From Bdellovibrionales bacterium (GTDB lineage: Bacteria; Bdellovibrionota; Bdellovibrionia; Bdellovibrionales; JAUICD01), in assembly GCA_965197425.1 (NCBI GenBank), contig CBDANC010000012.1, positions 64,001-128,000 of the forward strand: 64,000 nucleotides of DNA, in the 5' to 3' direction. Position numbers and translations under genes: made by a program. Positions 59,555 to 64,000 of the stretch are shown one piece after another (the stretch's first letter is position 1; the number at the start of each line of letters is the position of its first letter). The notes beneath the pieces are model-generated. The model ran no database searches, was not told the DNA's origin, and was given only the letters and a program-made list of their open reading frames with translations.

Positions 59555-60523
59555 TTATCTTCTAACTGTTCTTTTTATATTGTGACAAGCTGCTTTTTGT
59601 TTAAAGATTCTAAGCTGTGGCTCGGTTAACTTGCAAGTTTCAGTGACCAATGGACATCTAGGATGAAAACTACATCCACTTGGAGGATCAAAAACAGACG
59701 GTAGTTCTGTTTGAAACAAAACTCTCTTTTTTGTATTTTTATGTTTAATCTGAGGATTACTGGATAGCAAAAGTTGTGTGTAGGGATGAAGTGGGTTGGA
59801 AAAAATATCATCTGCTTTTCCATGTTCTACAACTTTTCCTAAGTACATAACTATAACCACATCAGCAATGTGCTTAACCACGGAGAGATCGTGGGATATA
59901 AATATGTAACTAAGCCCCATACTATCTTGCAAATCCATTAACAAATTTAACACCTGAGCTTGTATTGAGACATCAAGTGCACTAACAGGTTCATCACAAA
60001 TTAATATTTTAGGTTTTAGTATTAATGCTCTGGCAATACCAATTCGTTGTCTTTGGCCTCCACTTAGCATATGTGGATATCTGTTCCTATATTCTTCACC
60101 TAAACCCACCAATTCCATCGTTTCTATACTGCGATCCAGACAATCTTTGGTGGGCATATTAGTATTTAACAAGGGTTCACTTATTATCTGCCATACTTTT
60201 TTTCTTGGATTAATGGAGCTGTATGGATCTTGAAAGACAATCTGAATATGTTTACTAAGTTCTTTTTTAGTTAATGTTGAAATATCTATGGGTTTGTCTT
60301 GATATACCATGCATTTACCTTGAGTCATAGGTTCAATACCCATAATTATTCTGGCAAGAGTACTTTTACCACACCCACTTTCACCAACAATTGCAACTGT
60401 CTCACCTTTATTTAGATTGAAGGTTACACCATCCACAGCTTTCAGGCTTTTTTTAGATCTTAAAAAAAGCCTTGATAGTTTATAGTGTTTTTTTACATCA
60501 CTAACAGATAATAATTGCTTCAT
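59555..60523 (-). CDS. dppF: Dipeptide/oligopeptide ABC transporter ATPase
   Basis: GESGCGKST, LSGGQRQR, DEPVSALDVSIQAQ. Confidence 0.9.
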   Translation of the reverse strand: MKQLLSVSDVKKHYKLSRLFLRSKKSLKAVDGVTFNLNKGETVAIVGESGCGKSTLARIIMGIEPMTQGKCMVYQDKPIDISTLTKKELSKHIQIVFQDPYSSINPRKKVWQIISEPLLNTNMPTKDCLDRSIETMELVGLGEEYRNRYPHMLSGGQRQRIGIARALILKPKILICDEPVSALDVSIQAQVLNLLMDLQDSMGLSYIFISHDLSVVKHIADVVIVMYLGKVVEHGKADDIFSNPLHPYTQLLLSSNPQIKHKNTKKRVLFQTELPSVFDPPSGCSFHPRCPLVTETCKLTEPQLRIFKQKAACHNIKRTVRR

Positions 60524-60532
60524 ATAAAAACC

Positions 60533-61510
60533 TTATGAAATTGGAAAATAGCACTTAATCAGTCTACCATTTTCTATGGTGTCAGGTGGATTTTTTGATG
60601 CACAAATATCTTTTGCGTATTCACATCTAGGATGAAACTGACAACCGCTAGGTCTATCCACCAAATCAGGCACTGTTCCCTTTATACTATTTAATCTCTT
60701 ACTTGCTTCTAACTGAAAACCCGGCAAAGATTTTAACAAGCCAATTGTGTAAGGATGTCCTGGGTTAAACAATAATTGATGTCTTAAGCCAGACTCAACT
60801 ATATGACCTGCATACATAACCTGAATTCTATCAGCTACTTCAGATGCTAAGCTAATATCATGGGTAATAATAATAAGTCCCATTTTGTACTCTTTCTGAA
60901 TTTTTTTAAGCAAGGAAATTATTTGAGATTGTATTGTTACATCCAATGCAGTGGTAGGTTCATCGGCAATTAATAGCTCAGGGCCGGCTGCCATTGATAT
61001 AGCGATCATTATTCTCTGACTCATTCCACCAGACAACTGATGAGGAAAAGCTTTAAGCCTCATTGCTGGATCAGGAATTCCAACTAAGGTTAAAAGCTCC
61101 AAAATTTTTTCTCTTCTCTGCTTTTTATCTAAAACTCTTCCTTTTTTGTCTTTGATATTATGGGTTCTTAGTACTTCATCTATCTGAAATTCAACAGTGA
61201 AACTAGGATTTAAACTGGTCATGGGGTTTTGAAAAACCATAGACATTCTTTTGCCTCTTAATTGTCTAAACTCCTCACTACTAATGTCCAACAAATCTAT
61301 ACCATCAAATAATAGTTTATCTGCCTTTACCCTGGCATTTGAGGGTAATAGACCCATAATGGCAAGACTAGTAAGACTTTTACCGCAGCCACTTTCACCC
61401 AAAAAACCCAAAGTTTCAGATCTATCCAGCTTAAAACTAACACGATCAACAGGCCTGATACGACCTCTCAAAGTCTCAAACTCAATAATTAAATTTTCAA
61501 CCTCTAACAT
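60533..61510 (-). CDS. dppD: Dipeptide/oligopeptide ABC transporter ATPase
   Basis: GESGCGKS, PHQLSGGMSQR, DEPTTALDVTIQ. Confidence 0.9.
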   Translation of the reverse strand: MLEVENLIIEFETLRGRIRPVDRVSFKLDRSETLGFLGESGCGKSLTSLAIMGLLPSNARVKADKLLFDGIDLLDISSEEFRQLRGKRMSMVFQNPMTSLNPSFTVEFQIDEVLRTHNIKDKKGRVLDKKQRREKILELLTLVGIPDPAMRLKAFPHQLSGGMSQRIMIAISMAAGPELLIADEPTTALDVTIQSQIISLLKKIQKEYKMGLIIITHDISLASEVADRIQVMYAGHIVESGLRHQLLFNPGHPYTIGLLKSLPGFQLEASKRLNSIKGTVPDLVDRPSGCQFHPRCEYAKDICASKNPPDTIENGRLIKCYFPIS

Positions 61511-61529
61511 TTTTTTATAGCCCCTCTGT

Positions 61530-61729
61530 CCAACTACCCAACTGCTTGATTAGATCCGAGATCTGGCACTCAGGGATCTGTTATCTGCATCTGGTATCCG
61601 CCACCAGGCACCTGTTTGCCAGATCACTGACCCCGAGCCCGTTTAATCTAAAAACATACATCATATTTTGTACTCCACCAGTTAAATACCTGCACCTGTA
61701 GGGTGCAAATACCCGCACCCGTAGGGTGC
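61530..61729. repeat. Family-2 mosaic repeat, locus P (inside the dpp operon)
   Basis: ATCCGCCACCAGGCACCTGTTTGCCAGAT shared with K; two tandem 23-bp AAATACC(T/C)GCACC(T/C)GTAGGGTGC units. Confidence 0.9.
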
Positions 61730-62595
61730 TATTTTTTTAGTCTAGGGTCTAACGCATCTCTTAGTCCATCTCCTAGTAAGTTAAATGCTAGTACTACTAT
61801 TAGTATACACAAGCCTGGTAGTGTAACTAAGTGTGGTGCACTTTCGATATATGGTCTTGAGTCTGATAGCATTGTCCCCCATTCTGCTATTGGTGGTTGA
61901 GCGCCTAAACCCAAGAAACCAAGTGCAGCGGCATTTAATATTCCATCGCTAAATCCTAATGCGCCTTGAACTATTAGAGGAGCAGTACAGTTTGGTAGTA
62001 TGTTAGAAAAAATAATTCTAATATTAGGTGTTCCATAAGTTTTGGATGCTATAACATACTTCTTTTTTTTCTCAGCCAGTGCACCTGCCCTGGCTAATCT
62101 AATAAACCCAGGTAGAGCCACAAAACTTACGGCTACAATAGTATTTAGCAAACTAGGTCCTAGAATGGATACTACAACAATAGCAAGTAATATACTGGGT
62201 AGGGCCATTAATATATCTACAAGCCGCATGATTGCCTTATCTAACCAACCACCAAAATAACCTGATATCAAACCTAAAACTGTACCAACACTCATTGAAA
62301 ATAATACAACTAAAAATCCAATTCCCATAGACACTCTTGCTCCATGAACAAGTCTACTTAGCATGTCTCTGCCAATTTCATCAGTGCCTAATATAAAATT
62401 ACCTCCGTCCCAGAATGGAGGGCTTATATGAGAATCAAAGAGTCTATTTTGTTCATAAGGAGCGATTAAATCTGCAAATAGAGCTACAAATACAAAAAAA
62501 ATCACAACAAAAAGGCTAAATAAAGCACCTTTACTGCTAGAAAAGTACTTCCAAAATTCTTTAAACGGTGAAGGAGGCGTATGTAGATCAGACAT
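61729..62595 (-). CDS. dppC: Dipeptide ABC transporter permease
   Basis: LGTDEIGRDMLSRLVHGAR, GFLGLGAQPP..EWG, NLLGDGLRDALDP. Confidence 0.92.
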   Translation of the reverse strand: MSDLHTPPSPFKEFWKYFSSSKGALFSLFVVIFFVFVALFADLIAPYEQNRLFDSHISPPFWDGGNFILGTDEIGRDMLSRLVHGARVSMGIGFLVVLFSMSVGTVLGLISGYFGGWLDKAIMRLVDILMALPSILLAIVVVSILGPSLLNTIVAVSFVALPGFIRLARAGALAEKKKKYVIASKTYGTPNIRIIFSNILPNCTAPLIVQGALGFSDGILNAAALGFLGLGAQPPIAEWGTMLSDSRPYIESAPHLVTLPGLCILIVVLAFNLLGDGLRDALDPRLKK

Positions 62596-63605
62596 TATAC
62601 CTCCCCTCTTACTTTTGGATTAACCAGAGTATATACAAAATCCACAGTTATATTAATGATTACAATAAAACCTGCAATAATTAAAATCCCACCTTGTACA
62701 ACTGGATAATCTCTAGAAGTTACACTGTTCACTAGCCACTTACCAATACCAGGCCAACTAAAAATAGTTTCAGTTAGTATTGCACCAGTAATAATTGTAC
62801 CGAACATTAAACCAATAACAGTTACCACAGGTATTAATGCATTTCTAAGTCCATGAATAAATATGACTCGTGACTCTGTTAAACCTTTAGCTCTAGCAGT
62901 TCTGACATAATCCTCTGATAAAATTTCCAACATACTAGATCTAGTCATCCTTGCAATAACAGCCAAAGGAATTGTACCAAGAACTATTGAGGGCAGAATC
63001 AAATGTCTAACAGCACTAATAAATGCACTAAAATTGTTGTTAAGCAATGTATCAATTAACAAAAATCCAGTTACATTTGGAACTTCAAACAACACATCTA
63101 TACGACCGGACACAGGAGTTAAACCTAGGCCAACAGAAAACCACATTATTAAAATCAATCCCCACCAAAAAATTGGCATGGAATAACCAATCAAGGCACC
63201 TGACATTGTTACATAATCAAAAGCAGAATTTTTTTTTACAGACGCAATGATACCCATGGGCACACCCAACAAAACAGCCCAAAGCAAACCAGTTAAACCC
63301 AATTCTAGTGTTGCAGGAAATCTAGCAAAAAATTCATCTAACACAGGAACATTTGTAACTATGGAATTACCTAAGTCACCTTTGAAGGCATTTCCTATAA
63401 ACCTAAAATATTGCACTATTAAAGGTTTATCTAAACCAAGCGACTCTTTGATCTCATTATAGGCTGCGGGGTTAGCTCCTCTCTCACCAAGCATTGTGAG
63501 TACAGGGTCACCTGGTACCAATCTTATCAAGCTAAAAGAAACAATTGATACCCCAATAAATGTAGCTATTAAAGTAGATACCCTACTAAAAAAAAATTTA
63601 AACAT
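62595..63605 (-). CDS. dppB: Dipeptide ABC transporter permease
   Basis: RLVPGDP, RFPATLEL, SMPIFWWG, RTARAKGL, TETIFSWPGIG. Confidence 0.92.
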   Translation of the reverse strand: MFKFFFSRVSTLIATFIGVSIVSFSLIRLVPGDPVLTMLGERGANPAAYNEIKESLGLDKPLIVQYFRFIGNAFKGDLGNSIVTNVPVLDEFFARFPATLELGLTGLLWAVLLGVPMGIIASVKKNSAFDYVTMSGALIGYSMPIFWWGLILIMWFSVGLGLTPVSGRIDVLFEVPNVTGFLLIDTLLNNNFSAFISAVRHLILPSIVLGTIPLAVIARMTRSSMLEILSEDYVRTARAKGLTESRVIFIHGLRNALIPVVTVIGLMFGTIITGAILTETIFSWPGIGKWLVNSVTSRDYPVVQGGILIIAGFIVIINITVDFVYTLVNPKVRGEV

Positions 63606-63612
63606 TATTCCA

Positions 63613-64000
63613 TTATTCTAAGTGTAAATGTTCAAATATATCTCTACCAAGAGGTTCCATCTTATAGTTCTTAACATTATTACGAAGTGCCCTATAGACC
63701 GTGGAGTGGGCTATAGTAACCCAAGGAGCTTGTTGTTTAAACACAACTTGAGCTTGCATGTAGTTAGAAGTTCTAGTGTTAATATCAGTAGCCTCTTTTG
63801 CTGCTTTTACTAGTTTGTCGAAAGGTTCAAAGCACCAACCAGCTCTGTTAGAACCACCCTCTTTAGCAGCACAGCTTAAAAGAGTGTATAAGAAGTTATC
63901 AGGATCCCCGTTATCTCCGGTCCAACCAAGCTGCAACATTTTATGCTCGCCATTTTTGGACTTGGCCAAATAAGTAGGCCAATCATAAGAAACCAAATTT
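63613..64000 (-). CDS. dppA: Dipeptide ABC transporter substrate-binding protein (3' part only)
   Basis: GWTGDNGDPDNF, LLSC, QAPWVTIAHS. Confidence 0.9.
   Translation of the reverse strand, partial: NLVSYDWPTYLAKSKNGEHKMLQLGWTGDNGDPDNFLYTLLSCAAKEGGSNRAGWCFEPFDKLVKAAKEATDINTRTSNYMQAQVVFKQQAPWVTIAHSTVYRALRNNVKNYKMEPLGRDIFEHLHLE

Overview
AT-rich bacterial chromosome segment, most consistent with a Bdellovibrionota-like organism. That assignment is an inference from the RomR-like regulator, (Y/F)QNC-type exported proteins, prepilin-like proteins and the partial nuo cluster. Housekeeping content: smc (partial), glyQS, mrp, two lytic transglycosylases, folC, nuoB-CD-E-F-G-I, bolA, infA, rlmB, pyrF, proS, ribH, a RibE-RibBA fusion, mpl/ldcA, nadK, a degenerate nadC, def-fmt-rpe, thrS-infC, acnA, an MscS-family gene, dppABCDF and three tRNAs (Asn, Asp, Thr). 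An accessory block at about 9-21 kb encodes Cys-rich exported proteins, a 1533-aa pilin-like protein and a metzincin protease. The most striking signal is a set of nested palindromic micro-elements at 16 intergenic loci. It comprises a conserved frame (AAGGTCTTCC...GAGTGGTTGCCCAGC) with interchangeable hairpins, 66-bp, 24-bp and 18-bp units, and two four-helix-bundle genes flanked by 7/8-mer repeats. The small units insert into each other and in frame into protein genes: ProRS, a signal peptide, a pilin leader and a four-helix-bundle gene. No transposase or reverse transcriptase is in the window, so the mechanism is inferred only. All identifications are by eye; no searches were run.
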